The notes beneath the pieces were generated by a model. It saw only the letters and a program-made list of their open reading frames with translations. It searched no databases and had not been told where the DNA came from. A stretch of DNA of 64,000 nt from a virus. Within the stretch, counting starts at the first letter, position 1, and each line of letters starts with the position of its first letter. The position numbers were made by a program, and so were the translations under genes. The stretch lies in the IMG/VR virus record IMGVR_UViG_3300017748_000002, positions 32,001 through 96,000 of that record; one strand, 5' to 3'. Positions 46,318 through 55,578 of this stretch are shown in pieces.

Positions 46318-47410
46318 TTTGAAATGGAGTCAATACGACTTCACAAAAATACCTTTTAATGATATTGTAAGTGTCGGCCAACGCACGATGATGTATCGTG
46401 ACTTGTTTACAGTGAGTTGGTTGCTCGGTCGATTCTGTAATTATTCTTGTTCATATTGTTGGCCATACGCATCAAGTCGTGAAAAAGACCATAGGCCAAT
46501 TGATTTGATTCTTATGACAATTGACGAGATTAAAAGACAATCTCGCAAGAATGAATATAATTCTTTTCATTTTAGTTTTAGTGGCGGTGAACCTACGTTC
46601 CATCCACAATATTTAGAAATTATGGAATACCTTGCTGATGATGTTCCTAACTGTAACTATCATTCAGTCCATATGACTTCTAATATTTCTCGTAAGATGA
46701 AGTGGTTTGAAGAATATGCTAAAATATGTTCGCGGTTTAATCGATCAAGTATCACAGCTTCATGCCATAGAGAACATGTTAATACCCAAGAAAAAGTTGC
46801 AGAGTTCGCTGACAAGCTTGAATACTGCCAATCACAAGACATCCAAGTAACTATTAACCAAGTGATGCTACCAGACAAATTTGAGCAGTGTTGGGAAGAC
46901 GCACTATATTTCCACGAAAGAGGTATCAATGTTACTCTTAAACCTCAGTCTGATCCTACTGCCAGTTTTATTGTTGATGGATATACTGAATCAATGCTTG
47001 AAAAATTACGTAACGGCATGCCTCAAAGAGGATTTACCGACATCAAAAAACAAATTACCAGACCGAGACCGAACGTCGAATTAGATCTTCGTTATGAAAC
47101 AACTGGTGTTCCACAACATATGCAAGTTGAACTTGAAGATTCAAAAGGACAAAAATATTATATGGATCAAGCTGAACGGTTCAACACATTCGAGTTTAAT
47201 AAATTTGAAGGTTGGAATTGTGAATCCGGATATAGATCTATTATAATCAGAGAACCGGACGGATCTATAAAAAGATCTTACTCGTGTAATGATGAGCCAC
47301 TTGGTTATATTCAATCTGGGTTTAAATTATTCGATAAACCAATGCCGTGTATCACAAAAACATGTGTTTCTTCTGCAGATTCTAAGATCCCAAAGAAGAA
47401 AATTGTATAA
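46310..47410 (+). CDS. Radical SAM enzyme with C-terminal twitch-like domain (subfamily B)
   Basis: CNYSCSYC, SGGEPT, W.C.SG...DG.I.RSYSC...PC....CVSSAD; ATG 46310. Confidence 0.9.
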   Translation: MNDLKWSQYDFTKIPFNDIVSVGQRTMMYRDLFTVSWLLGRFCNYSCSYCWPYASSREKDHRPIDLILMTIDEIKRQSRKNEYNSFHFSFSGGEPTFHPQYLEIMEYLADDVPNCNYHSVHMTSNISRKMKWFEEYAKICSRFNRSSITASCHREHVNTQEKVAEFADKLEYCQSQDIQVTINQVMLPDKFEQCWEDALYFHERGINVTLKPQSDPTASFIVDGYTESMLEKLRNGMPQRGFTDIKKQITRPRPNVELDLRYETTGVPQHMQVELEDSKGQKYYMDQAERFNTFEFNKFEGWNCESGYRSIIIREPDGSIKRSYSCNDEPLGYIQSGFKLFDKPMPCITKTCVSSADSKIPKKKIV

Positions 47411-47413
47411 ATA
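47406..47413 (+). promoter_or_regulatory. T4-type late promoter TATAAATA
   Basis: Exact motif at the right boundary of the island. Confidence 0.75.
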
Positions 47414-47465
47414 ACCGTATAGAGGCAGGGTCGCAAGACCGACAAGGAACTCATTGGAGTAGTTC

Positions 47466-47816
47466 ATGGCTGAGTACGAAGAATTCACAATTGACCAAGG
47501 CAGCGATGTGGCTATTGAGCTAGAGCTCGTAGATCACACAGGCGCGAAAAAAGACTTGGTTGGCCATACCGTAACAGCTTCAATGAAGAAAAGTTATAGC
47601 GATAGTTCTGGGGAAGCAACCAACTTCACTTCTATCGTTTCAACTCCATCTACTTCCGGAGTTGTTAACCTCAGCCTCACTAGCACTCAAACCTCGGCGT
47701 TAAACAAAGGCCGGTATGTATATGATGTAGAACTTTCTTTTGTCGATAGTAGCTCGACTACAATTACAGAAAGAATTCTTGAAGGCCGGATCCAGGTTAC
47801 GCCATCTGTAACATAA
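47466..47816 (+). CDS. Small Ig-like virion protein (fibre adaptor-like)
   Basis: F.IDQGSD, LSLT.TQT.AL..GRYVYDVEL, RILEG.I.VTPSVT pattern common beside fibre genes in T4-like phages. Confidence 0.7.
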   Translation: MAEYEEFTIDQGSDVAIELELVDHTGAKKDLVGHTVTASMKKSYSDSSGEATNFTSIVSTPSTSGVVNLSLTSTQTSALNKGRYVYDVELSFVDSSSTTITERILEGRIQVTPSVT

Positions 47817-47825
47817 GGATCGAAT

Positions 47826-50800
47826 ATGGCCAGCACTAGACGGACATACGTAAAACGTATATCGATTGGGCGCCCTATTGCAAGTGTCAATCAGGCAGCA
47901 TCCGGTGTTGTATCTGCGCAATCGAGGGCTGCTGGTCAAATACTAATAAATGACGCAAGCACTAATCTTTTCCAAGCAGGTGATTTAATTGCTGGTCACG
48001 GTATTAACAAAGTTTTTGATTCTACCGGCCGGTCACTTTCGCTTGCTCTTGATTCTTCCGATCTTAAATCTATAATCGATTCTAACTACGTTGCTTTTGT
48101 GATGGGACAGGACGTTGATCGTGTCTTTGTTGATTCAGCATACGTTGAACAAAATTCTCTTGATTCCGAAAGAACATTATCGTTACTTGATTCTGAGCTT
48201 AAGAATTGGACTACAAGTATAATTCCATACTATGATAGCCAATTAGATCTTGGTAGTCCAACTAATAAGTGGCGTAAACTATATCTTTCTGGTAATACTA
48301 TTGTTCTTGGTGGTTTAAACCTTGGAGATCAAGGTGGAACATTTGCTGTTACAGATTCAGCCGGTGTTGTAGCTGCATACGATCTTACAGGTAATACCAC
48401 AAATGATCTAGCAGAAGGTAGTAATAATTTATATTATACAAGAGCTCGATTTGATTCTGCTCTTGGTGATGATGTATCAACAGCCACTATTCGTAGTTAC
48501 TTCTCGTCTATTGATTCTGGCGGTGATGGTGCTTTCTCATACGATTCAACAAATGGTGTATTCACTTATCGCGGACCAAGTGCTGCAGAAGTCAGAGCGC
48601 ATTTCTCGGCTCAAGGTGATCTATCATACGATTCTTCGACTGGCGTATTTAGCTTTGATGTTGAGCAAGTTTATACTCAAGCAAACTTTGAATCTGATCT
48701 CAGTCTAGCTGTTGCTGGTGGAACTGGTATCACTTATGATTCTTCCACTCAAACAATTAGTATTACAAACACTGGTGTAGGTGCTGGAACTTATGGTTCA
48801 TCAACTCTTATTCCGGTCTTTACTGTCAATGCTCAAGGTCAATTAGATTCTGTTGGTGAAGTCTTAGTTGCTGGAGTGACTGGAGTATCTTGGGATTCAA
48901 GTGTTGAACAACTTACAATATCAACTGCAGATGGTGGATCATTTGTTGCAACCGTCAATGGGTTCAATAACCTTCAGGCAGATTCCGCTTCAATTACAAA
49001 TGTATCTGGTACCTCTGCGAATTATGCTACAATTAATGCGACAACTGGTACTATCAGTCAGCTCTCTGTTGATTCTGCTCATATTGGTGTTATTGACAAC
49101 AACACTTTAAGAACAAATTCTCTTGATGCAGATTCAGGCGTTGTAACTAATATCTCTGGTACAAATCTGAATTATGGCGCTGGTCATGTAAGTCAACTCA
49201 CTTCAGATTCAGCTAGATTGGCAATTATTACTACTCCTAATCTTACTGCAGATTCTGGTGTTGTTACTAATATCTCAGGTACTTCATTAAATTATGGAAC
49301 TGGTAACTTTACAAGTGCTACTGCGGATGGTTTAACAGTCAATGGAGTATCAAATCTAGATTCAACAAATGTTGACGGATCTCTTTATGTTACTGGAAAC
49401 CTTACTGTACAAGGTACAACCACAACTGTTAATTCGACAACTGTAACTATAAACGATAAAAATATTGTCGTAGCAGATTCCGCTGCTGATTTAACTGCGC
49501 TAAACGGTGCTGGTTTCACTATGGGTGGAGCGAATATCACAACTCCGCCTGAAATGAAGTATGTATCAACTGGCGATTTGATTAATTTCAATAGAGCAGT
49601 TGATATTGATGGTCATGTTAATGCAGACTCTGCAACGTTTGTCAACTTAAATATTACAGGATTATCCACCCAGACAATTACTAGAGCTGCTACAGTCGAT
49701 TCAGGTACTTATGGTAGTGCTACACTCATTCCCGTAATGACTGTGAATGCTTCAGGTTTCATTGATAGTATTGGCGAGATTGCAGTTGCCGGTGTTTCAG
49801 GAGTTTCATGGGATTCTGGAAACGAGCAGCTCACAATTAACACCGCTGATGGTGGATCATTTGTAACAACAATTAACGGATTCGATTCAGCACAGATTAC
49901 GAATCTATCTGGTACTGCATTAAATTACGCTCAAGTTCTTTCAGATTCAGCCAAAGTTATTGATATATCTGGTACTACTTTGAATTATGGTACTGGGCAA
50001 ATCAGTCAATTAACGGTTGATTCTGGTACGTTTACTACATTAGCAATTAATGGTGTAACAGTTGATTCTGATTGGGTAACGTCATTAGCTAAGAATTTTG
50101 AAGGTGATATTACAATCACCGAAACTGTTAGTGGTTCTACAGCAGCACCAACTCTTACTCTCTTTAAAGATAATAGCTCACCATCAGATTCTGATATATT
50201 AGGTGAAATTGCTTTCAAAGGTCACGACAGCGCTGGTAATGCTGAAGTATACGCCAACATTAGAGGTGTTATTGGCGATGCTACTAATGGTCAAGAAGAA
50301 GGAATTCTAGAACTTTCGGTAATTGATTCGTCTCAGCTGAAAGCTGTTGCTCGTATCACACCTAGTAGTGTTGATATTAGTAGCGCTCATGTGAATGTTA
50401 CAGCTGGCGATTTATTCGTCAACGGCAACACTGATATATCTGGTGACTTATCATTAAAAGATGAATTTGTTGATTCATCATGGGTAGCAGCTCGAGCGAC
50501 TGTTCTTACTGCATCTCAGTTTAGCATAACAAACGTTGATGGTGGCCCTGATTTTGGTCCGAACGTACTTCTTGATAGAAATAGTGCTTCTCCTCAGGCA
50601 AATGATGACCTTGCAAAAATTACCTTTAGAGGTAGAAATTCTGCAGATTCAAACTTAGATTATGCTGCAATTGAATCAATGATTGCTGATCCTACCGCTA
50701 ATACTGAAGACGGTTCACTAAGGTTTTTAATCGCTCAAAATGGTTTCAATCGTCTTAAAGCAACTATTGATAACACGGGATTTGTATTAGGTCCACAAGA

Positions 50801-51119
50801 AAAAATAATCTTTAGCACAGATTCGTATACACAAAGTGTCGCACCTGGTTCTTATACAAGCAATCATGCGCTTCTTTTACCAGATTCGTCTGGTACGCTT
50901 TTGACTAGAGATTTTGTCACAACTCTGATTGACTCAGCATACGTTGGAGCTCGTCAAGGCGCAACTGGTCTTCTTCTTAATATTAAAGATAGAGACTCAA
51001 ATGTAACAGAAGTTGTAATTACACAGGCAGCAACAGTTGTATCTGGTGCTCCTATTGGGTTTGGTAATACCATACAAGTATTGCTCGAAGATAGTTCAGC
51101 TTTTACTATCGGTCTTTAA
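47826..51119 (+). CDS. Long tail-fibre-like protein, extremely Asp-Ser rich
   Basis: [41 protein letters not shown] repeats, two C-terminal receptor-like modules; about 40 DS dipeptides. Confidence 0.8.
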   Translation: MASTRRTYVKRISIGRPIASVNQAASGVVSAQSRAAGQILINDASTNLFQAGDLIAGHGINKVFDSTGRSLSLALDSSDLKSIIDSNYVAFVMGQDVDRVFVDSAYVEQNSLDSERTLSLLDSELKNWTTSIIPYYDSQLDLGSPTNKWRKLYLSGNTIVLGGLNLGDQGGTFAVTDSAGVVAAYDLTGNTTNDLAEGSNNLYYTRARFDSALGDDVSTATIRSYFSSIDSGGDGAFSYDSTNGVFTYRGPSAAEVRAHFSAQGDLSYDSSTGVFSFDVEQVYTQANFESDLSLAVAGGTGITYDSSTQTISITNTGVGAGTYGSSTLIPVFTVNAQGQLDSVGEVLVAGVTGVSWDSSVEQLTISTADGGSFVATVNGFNNLQADSASITNVSGTSANYATINATTGTISQLSVDSAHIGVIDNNTLRTNSLDADSGVVTNISGTNLNYGAGHVSQLTSDSARLAIITTPNLTADSGVVTNISGTSLNYGTGNFTSATADGLTVNGVSNLDSTNVDGSLYVTGNLTVQGTTTTVNSTTVTINDKNIVVADSAADLTALNGAGFTMGGANITTPPEMKYVSTGDLINFNRAVDIDGHVNADSATFVNLNITGLSTQTITRAATVDSGTYGSATLIPVMTVNASGFIDSIGEIAVAGVSGVSWDSGNEQLTINTADGGSFVTTINGFDSAQITNLSGTALNYAQVLSDSAKVIDISGTTLNYGTGQISQLTVDSGTFTTLAINGVTVDSDWVTSLAKNFEGDITITETVSGSTAAPTLTLFKDNSSPSDSDILGEIAFKGHDSAGNAEVYANIRGVIGDATNGQEEGILELSVIDSSQLKAVARITPSSVDISSAHVNVTAGDLFVNGNTDISGDLSLKDEFVDSSWVAARATVLTASQFSITNVDGGPDFGPNVLLDRNSASPQANDDLAKITFRGRNSADSNLDYAAIESMIADPTANTEDGSLRFLIAQNGFNRLKATIDNTGFVLGPQEKIIFSTDSYTQSVAPGSYTSNHALLLPDSSGTLLTRDFVTTLIDSAYVGARQGATGLLLNIKDRDSNVTEVVITQAATVVSGAPIGFGNTIQVLLEDSSAFTIGL
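48783..49883 (+). repeat. Internal duplication in the fibre gene (about 61-aa module at 48783-48965 and 49701-49883, plus short DS...ISGT.LNY repeats)
   Basis: [60 protein letters not shown] versus [60 protein letters not shown]. Confidence 0.85.
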
Positions 51120-51121
51120 TG

Positions 51122-51129
51122 TATAAATA
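51122..51129 (+). promoter_or_regulatory. T4-type late promoter TATAAATA
   Basis: Exact motif between the two fibre genes. Confidence 0.75.
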
Positions 51130-51158
51130 GAACAAAGGTAACTTAAAGGAATCAAAAA

Positions 51159-52502
51159 ATGGCAGATCGTATTCCACTCGTGATTGAAGGCTCTCAGATT
51201 AGAGAGATTTCAAATGGTGATCGAATTGATATTAGCGGAAACGCTTTACAAGTCGGTGGTCATATTACACCAGATACAGATTCATCGTATGACATTGGTA
51301 CTTCATCTCTAAAATTTAGAGATATTTACTTATCGTCTGGCACTATTCACCTTGGTGGTGTTAAGTTACGTGCTGATGGAAATAAGTTATCGATACAAGA
51401 TAGCACAGGATCAACCGCAGGTATTACAGCCGCAACACTCGGCACATTAGGAACTGATGATCTTGCTGAAGGTTCAACTAATCTCTTTACTACAGCTGCT
51501 CGGACACGAAGTCATCTTCAAGTAACAGATGCTGGTGGTGATGGTTCTTTTGCCTTTGATTCTGCCTCAGGTAAATTTACATACACCGGACCAAGCGCTG
51601 CTGAAGCAAGAGCACATCTAAATGTTGCAACTGGTACTGGATTAGGAAGTTTAGCTTACGATTCAGCCCGAGGTCAATTTACATTGACTGGAATAACACA
51701 AGCTAATGTTATGTCAACCATGCAAGCAGGCACTGGAGTGGGTATCGATTCTGCCAGCGGTACACTTTCTATTGGTCAGGCTGTAGGAACAACTGACTCA
51801 GTAACATTTGCTGGTTTATACTCTTCAGGTAACGTAGTTCTTGGTGGTAACCTTACAGTTAACGGAACAACTACAACAGTTAATGCAACAAATAGTTTAA
51901 TTGCTGATCCTTTGATTGAATTGAATACAGGTGCAGGTTCGAATGCCAACGATCTTGGATTTGTATTTGAACGTGGTTCAACTGGAGATAACGCAGCATT
52001 AATTTGGGATGAGTCAGAAGACAAGTTTAAGATAGGTACAACCACTGCGACCGGTGCTTCAACTGGCAATATGACAGTTACAACAGGATCCTTAATAGCC
52101 AATCTTGTTGGTAACGTAACAGGTAACGTATCTGGTTCGGCTGGTTCTGCAACTGGTAACGCTGCTACTGCAACAGCATTAGCAACCGCTAGAGCAATTG
52201 CTCTCAGTGGCGATGTTGTTGGTACTGCAGACTTTGATGGTACTGCGGGTATCAGTATTAGCACCACAATACAAGCAAATAGTGTTGCTCTTGGAACTGA
52301 TACAACTGGTAACTATGTTGGTACGATTACTGGTGGAACAGGCATTACTTCAAGTGGAGCAACTTCTGGTGAAGGTATCGCTCATACGATTTCAATAACA
52401 GCTGGATCAATTAGTTCAACTCAACTGGCCAGTGCTTCTACTTTGACAATTAAGAATACTTCTGGAACTGTACTCAAGACAGTAATTGGAGCCGGTAGCT
52501 AA
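51159..52502 (+). CDS. Tail-fibre-like protein
   Basis: Shares modules with 47826-51119 (TDDLAEGSTNL, GGDGSF.FDS..GKFTYTGPSAAEARAH, GNLTVNGTTTTVN); GNVTGNV and ATATALATAR.I fibre repeats. Confidence 0.8.
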   Translation: MADRIPLVIEGSQIREISNGDRIDISGNALQVGGHITPDTDSSYDIGTSSLKFRDIYLSSGTIHLGGVKLRADGNKLSIQDSTGSTAGITAATLGTLGTDDLAEGSTNLFTTAARTRSHLQVTDAGGDGSFAFDSASGKFTYTGPSAAEARAHLNVATGTGLGSLAYDSARGQFTLTGITQANVMSTMQAGTGVGIDSASGTLSIGQAVGTTDSVTFAGLYSSGNVVLGGNLTVNGTTTTVNATNSLIADPLIELNTGAGSNANDLGFVFERGSTGDNAALIWDESEDKFKIGTTTATGASTGNMTVTTGSLIANLVGNVTGNVSGSAGSATGNAATATALATARAIALSGDVVGTADFDGTAGISISTTIQANSVALGTDTTGNYVGTITGGTGITSSGATSGEGIAHTISITAGSISSTQLASASTLTIKNTSGTVLKTVIGAGS

Positions 52503-53257
52503 TGGCTAATCCTAACTCTAGGACAACTCTGATCGATTACTGTAAGCGCCGACTCGGTGACCCAGTTATCGAGATCAACGTTGATGAAGATCAAGTTGAA
52601 GATAGAGTTGACGAAGCAATACAGTATTATCAAGAGTTTCATTCTGATGCGACTTATCGTGGATATTTGCAACATCAATTAACATCTACTGATATTACGA
52701 ATAAGTATGTCGAAGTTACTAATGATGTTCACTTTGTTTCTAGAGTGTTTCCATTTATCTCAAGTACTACATCATCGAAAAGCTTATTCAATCTTCGATA
52801 CCAAATGCACTTATCAGAATTAACTGATATGTCTCAGTTTGCTGGTGATATTGCTTATTACGAACAAATCCAACAATATCTTTCTCTTCTTGACCAAACA
52901 CTCAATGGCCAAGCGATGGTTGATTTTTCTCGTAAACAAAACAGAATTTATATTCATGGCCATATTGAAGACTTAGATATTACGGCTGGAGATTATCTTG
53001 TAGCTGAAGTCTATTATACTGTGGCTCCAAATACTCACACATCGGTTTATAACGACATGTGGCTAAAAGAATATACAACTGCGCTGATTAAGCAACAATG
53101 GGGTATGAATCTAATGAAATTTGAGGGAATGCAACTTCCCGGCGGTGTTATTCTAAATGGTAGACAACTTTTTGATGATGCGACCGGCGAAATTCAGGAT
53201 CTCAGAGAAAGGATTAGACTAGAACACGAAATGCCAGCTGATTTCTTTGTGGGGTAA
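52502..53257 (+). CDS. gp13: Neck protein
   Basis: LIDYC.RRLG.PVIEINVDEDQVEDRVDEA, WLKEY.TALIK.QWG.NL.KF.G.QLPGGV.LNG. Confidence 0.95.
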   Translation: MANPNSRTTLIDYCKRRLGDPVIEINVDEDQVEDRVDEAIQYYQEFHSDATYRGYLQHQLTSTDITNKYVEVTNDVHFVSRVFPFISSTTSSKSLFNLRYQMHLSELTDMSQFAGDIAYYEQIQQYLSLLDQTLNGQAMVDFSRKQNRIYIHGHIEDLDITAGDYLVAEVYYTVAPNTHTSVYNDMWLKEYTTALIKQQWGMNLMKFEGMQLPGGVILNGRQLFDDATGEIQDLRERIRLEHEMPADFFVG

Positions 53258-53260
53258 TAA

Positions 53261-54178
53261 ATGGCTCGAAATTTATACATTAGAGACAACGTAAGGTCTG
53301 AGCAAAACCTATACGAAGATATCGTTATTGAGTCTCTCAAAATCTATGGGCAAGACGTGTTTTATCTTCCTCGAGATACTGTCTATGAAGACAGAGTCTT
53401 TGGAGATGAGATTCCTGCGCGCTATAATTCAAGCTATAAAATAGAAATGTATATCGATAACCTTGAAGGATTCGACGGAGAAGGAGATTTATTTACTCGC
53501 TTCGGAGTTGAAATCCGCGATGAGGCTACTTTTGTTGTGTCTAGGCGTAGATGGCGTAGCACTATTAGTATGTTTGATAACGAGATCAATAGTGAAAGAC
53601 CAAGAGAAGGTGATCTCATTTATCTTCCACTTTCTAATTCTATGTTTCAAATCACACATGTCGAGCATGAAACACCGTTCTATCAATTAGCGAATCTTCC
53701 AGTTTATAAATGCAGAGCACAACTCTTTGAATATAACGATGAAGACTTTGATACAAGTGTTGATGTTATTGATGATATTGAGCGGCAAGGTGCTTATCAA
53801 TATACTCTTACACTCGACTCGGCAAGTGCGTATACTTTACCGGGTCAAACAGTATCACAGACTCTTTCAAGTGGAGTGACTATTAGCGGCGAAGTAATTC
53901 GATATTCTGATAGCGATGGAATTCTATACGTTGGCCACGTCGGTTCAGACGATGGATTATACCACAACTTCTACGTATCTGATTCTGCAGGATCTAAACT
54001 TACGATTAGTGGTAGAACTAACCTTGCGATTGGTGATTCTGATCTTACAGTCACTGCAATAGGCGAAGTCAATACTATATCAGAAAACGAACAAAATGCT
54101 GATTTTGGCGCAGCCGGAGATGATTTCCTCGACTTTAGTGAAGCAAATCCGTTTGGTGATATATCGGGGAATGACTAA
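53261..54178 (+). CDS. gp14: Neck protein
   Basis: EQNLYED.VIESLKIYGQDV.YLPR, KIEMY, RP.EGDLIYLP, VEHE.PFYQL, FLDFSEANPFG. Confidence 0.95.
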   Translation: MARNLYIRDNVRSEQNLYEDIVIESLKIYGQDVFYLPRDTVYEDRVFGDEIPARYNSSYKIEMYIDNLEGFDGEGDLFTRFGVEIRDEATFVVSRRRWRSTISMFDNEINSERPREGDLIYLPLSNSMFQITHVEHETPFYQLANLPVYKCRAQLFEYNDEDFDTSVDVIDDIERQGAYQYTLTLDSASAYTLPGQTVSQTLSSGVTISGEVIRYSDSDGILYVGHVGSDDGLYHNFYVSDSAGSKLTISGRTNLAIGDSDLTVTAIGEVNTISENEQNADFGAAGDDFLDFSEANPFGDISGND

Positions 54179-54441
54179 TGGCAGATGATTTTTTTGATTT
54201 TGGTTTCACGGCAGTTGACGAAGATGAACTGCAATCTGTACAAGACGCACAAAAAGTTGTTGGTGATACTCAAGTTGAAGCTAAAACAACACAAGAAAAA
54301 CTGGATAAATTATATAACGCGGTTGTACCTTTATTGAACAACTTAAAGAAAAACCCAGAAAAGGAGTATATCCTCTGGCCTGATAGATTAACGAAAGTTG
54401 AAGCTTTTGAAGATCATTTGCAAAAGATATATAAAAGCTAA
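54178..54441 (+). CDS. Small hypothetical protein
   Basis: DFFDFGFTAVDEDEL ... LL.NLKKNPEKEYILWPDR; coupled between gp14 and gp15. Confidence 0.75.
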   Translation: MADDFFDFGFTAVDEDELQSVQDAQKVVGDTQVEAKTTQEKLDKLYNAVVPLLNNLKKNPEKEYILWPDRLTKVEAFEDHLQKIYKS

Positions 54442-55232
54442 TGTTTGGTGGGCACTTTTATCACGAAAAGACTAGAAAGGCAGTTGCTATCTTTGGCAAA
54501 CTGTTTAATAACATCTATGTGCTTCGTAAAGACGGCAGTGGAAATGGAACGTCTCAAGTAAAAGTTCCTCTTGCTTATGCGCCAAAATCAAAATATCTAG
54601 ATAGAATTCGTGAAAATCCTGACCTTGATACAAATACAAAGGTTGCAATTAAATTACCACGAATGTCTTTTGAAATTACAGCTATCACGTATGATAATCA
54701 AAGACAAATTTCTAAGATTAATAACATCTCGAAGTTTGGTACTGACGTTAGTAATAGAAATAAGATTTTTACTGGTGTTCCGTATTTCTTATCATTTCAA
54801 TTAAACATATACGCAAAAACTCAAGATGATGCTCTTCAAATGGTTGAGCAAATCTTACCAACTTTTAATCCTCAGTATACTGTAACAATGAGACCCTTTC
54901 CTGAGTTTACTGACATTAAAGAAGATGTTCCTATTACAATCACAGGCGTAAGTTTTCAAGATGATTTTGAATCAGAGCTCGGAGCTCGTAGAACAATCCT
55001 CTATACTCTTGATTTCGAAATGAGAGTTACCTATTATAGAAGTATTGGTACTTCGGCTGTTATTCGCGATTCAAGAGCTAAGATCTTTGGAATTCAAAAT
55101 GGTCTTGCTGATTCAGACATGAGACTAGAAACATTGAGAGTTACTCCTGACTCAGATGGTATAAATATACTTTACGATTCAGACTTTGGATTTACAACTA
55201 CGTTCTATGGAGCGGACAGCGATGCCCCATGA
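54441..55232 (+). CDS. gp15: Tail sheath stabilizer / completion protein
   Basis: MFG.HFYH...RK.V..FG.LFN, KVPLAYAPK.K.L, LPRMSFEI, QDDALQ.VEQILP.F.P. Confidence 0.95.
   Translation: MFGGHFYHEKTRKAVAIFGKLFNNIYVLRKDGSGNGTSQVKVPLAYAPKSKYLDRIRENPDLDTNTKVAIKLPRMSFEITAITYDNQRQISKINNISKFGTDVSNRNKIFTGVPYFLSFQLNIYAKTQDDALQMVEQILPTFNPQYTVTMRPFPEFTDIKEDVPITITGVSFQDDFESELGARRTILYTLDFEMRVTYYRSIGTSAVIRDSRAKIFGIQNGLADSDMRLETLRVTPDSDGINILYDSDFGFTTTFYGADSDAP
55160..55167 (+). promoter_or_regulatory. T4-type late promoter TATAAATA
   Basis: Exact motif at the end of gp15, upstream of gp16. Confidence 0.65.
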
Positions 55233-55578
55233 TAAAGATAATGCTAAGAATGATTACGATTATTCTCGTGAAACATACTATGAATTAATTGAAAAGGGTA
55301 AAGACGCTCTTGAAAGTATGATTGAAGTAGCTAGAGAATCAGAACATCCTCGAGCTTACGAAGTATTAGCCACTCTAATTAAAAATGTTTCAGACGTTAA
55401 CGACAAGCTAATGGACGTTAATAAGAAACAAAAAGATCTTGACCAAAAGGATGAAGTAAAGCAAGTTGAAAATCAGCAAAACAATTTCTATTTAGGATCT
55501 ACTGCCGATGTTCAACGAATGCTTCAAGGTGATATAATTGATGTTGAACCCACTAAAGACGTACTTAGGGAATCCTAA
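55222..55578 (+). CDS. gp16: Terminase small subunit
   Basis: DYDYSR..YY.LIEKG, ARESEHPRAYEV, NN.Y.GSTA; likely start ATG 55222. Confidence 0.92.
   Translation: MPHDKDNAKNDYDYSRETYYELIEKGKDALESMIEVARESEHPRAYEVLATLIKNVSDVNDKLMDVNKKQKDLDQKDEVKQVENQQNNFYLGSTADVQRMLQGDIIDVEPTKDVLRES

Noticed and set aside
20964-47410. RiPP (peptide natural product) cluster interpretation of the radical SAM/SPASM genes
   Set aside because: No short precursor ORF with its own RBS, PqqD/RRE domain, peptidase or exporter seen; the short track ORFs are shadows of longer genes. Not fully excluded.
51776-52267. 163-aa minus-strand ORF
   Set aside because: Antisense shadow of the Thr/Gly/Ala-rich fibre gene.
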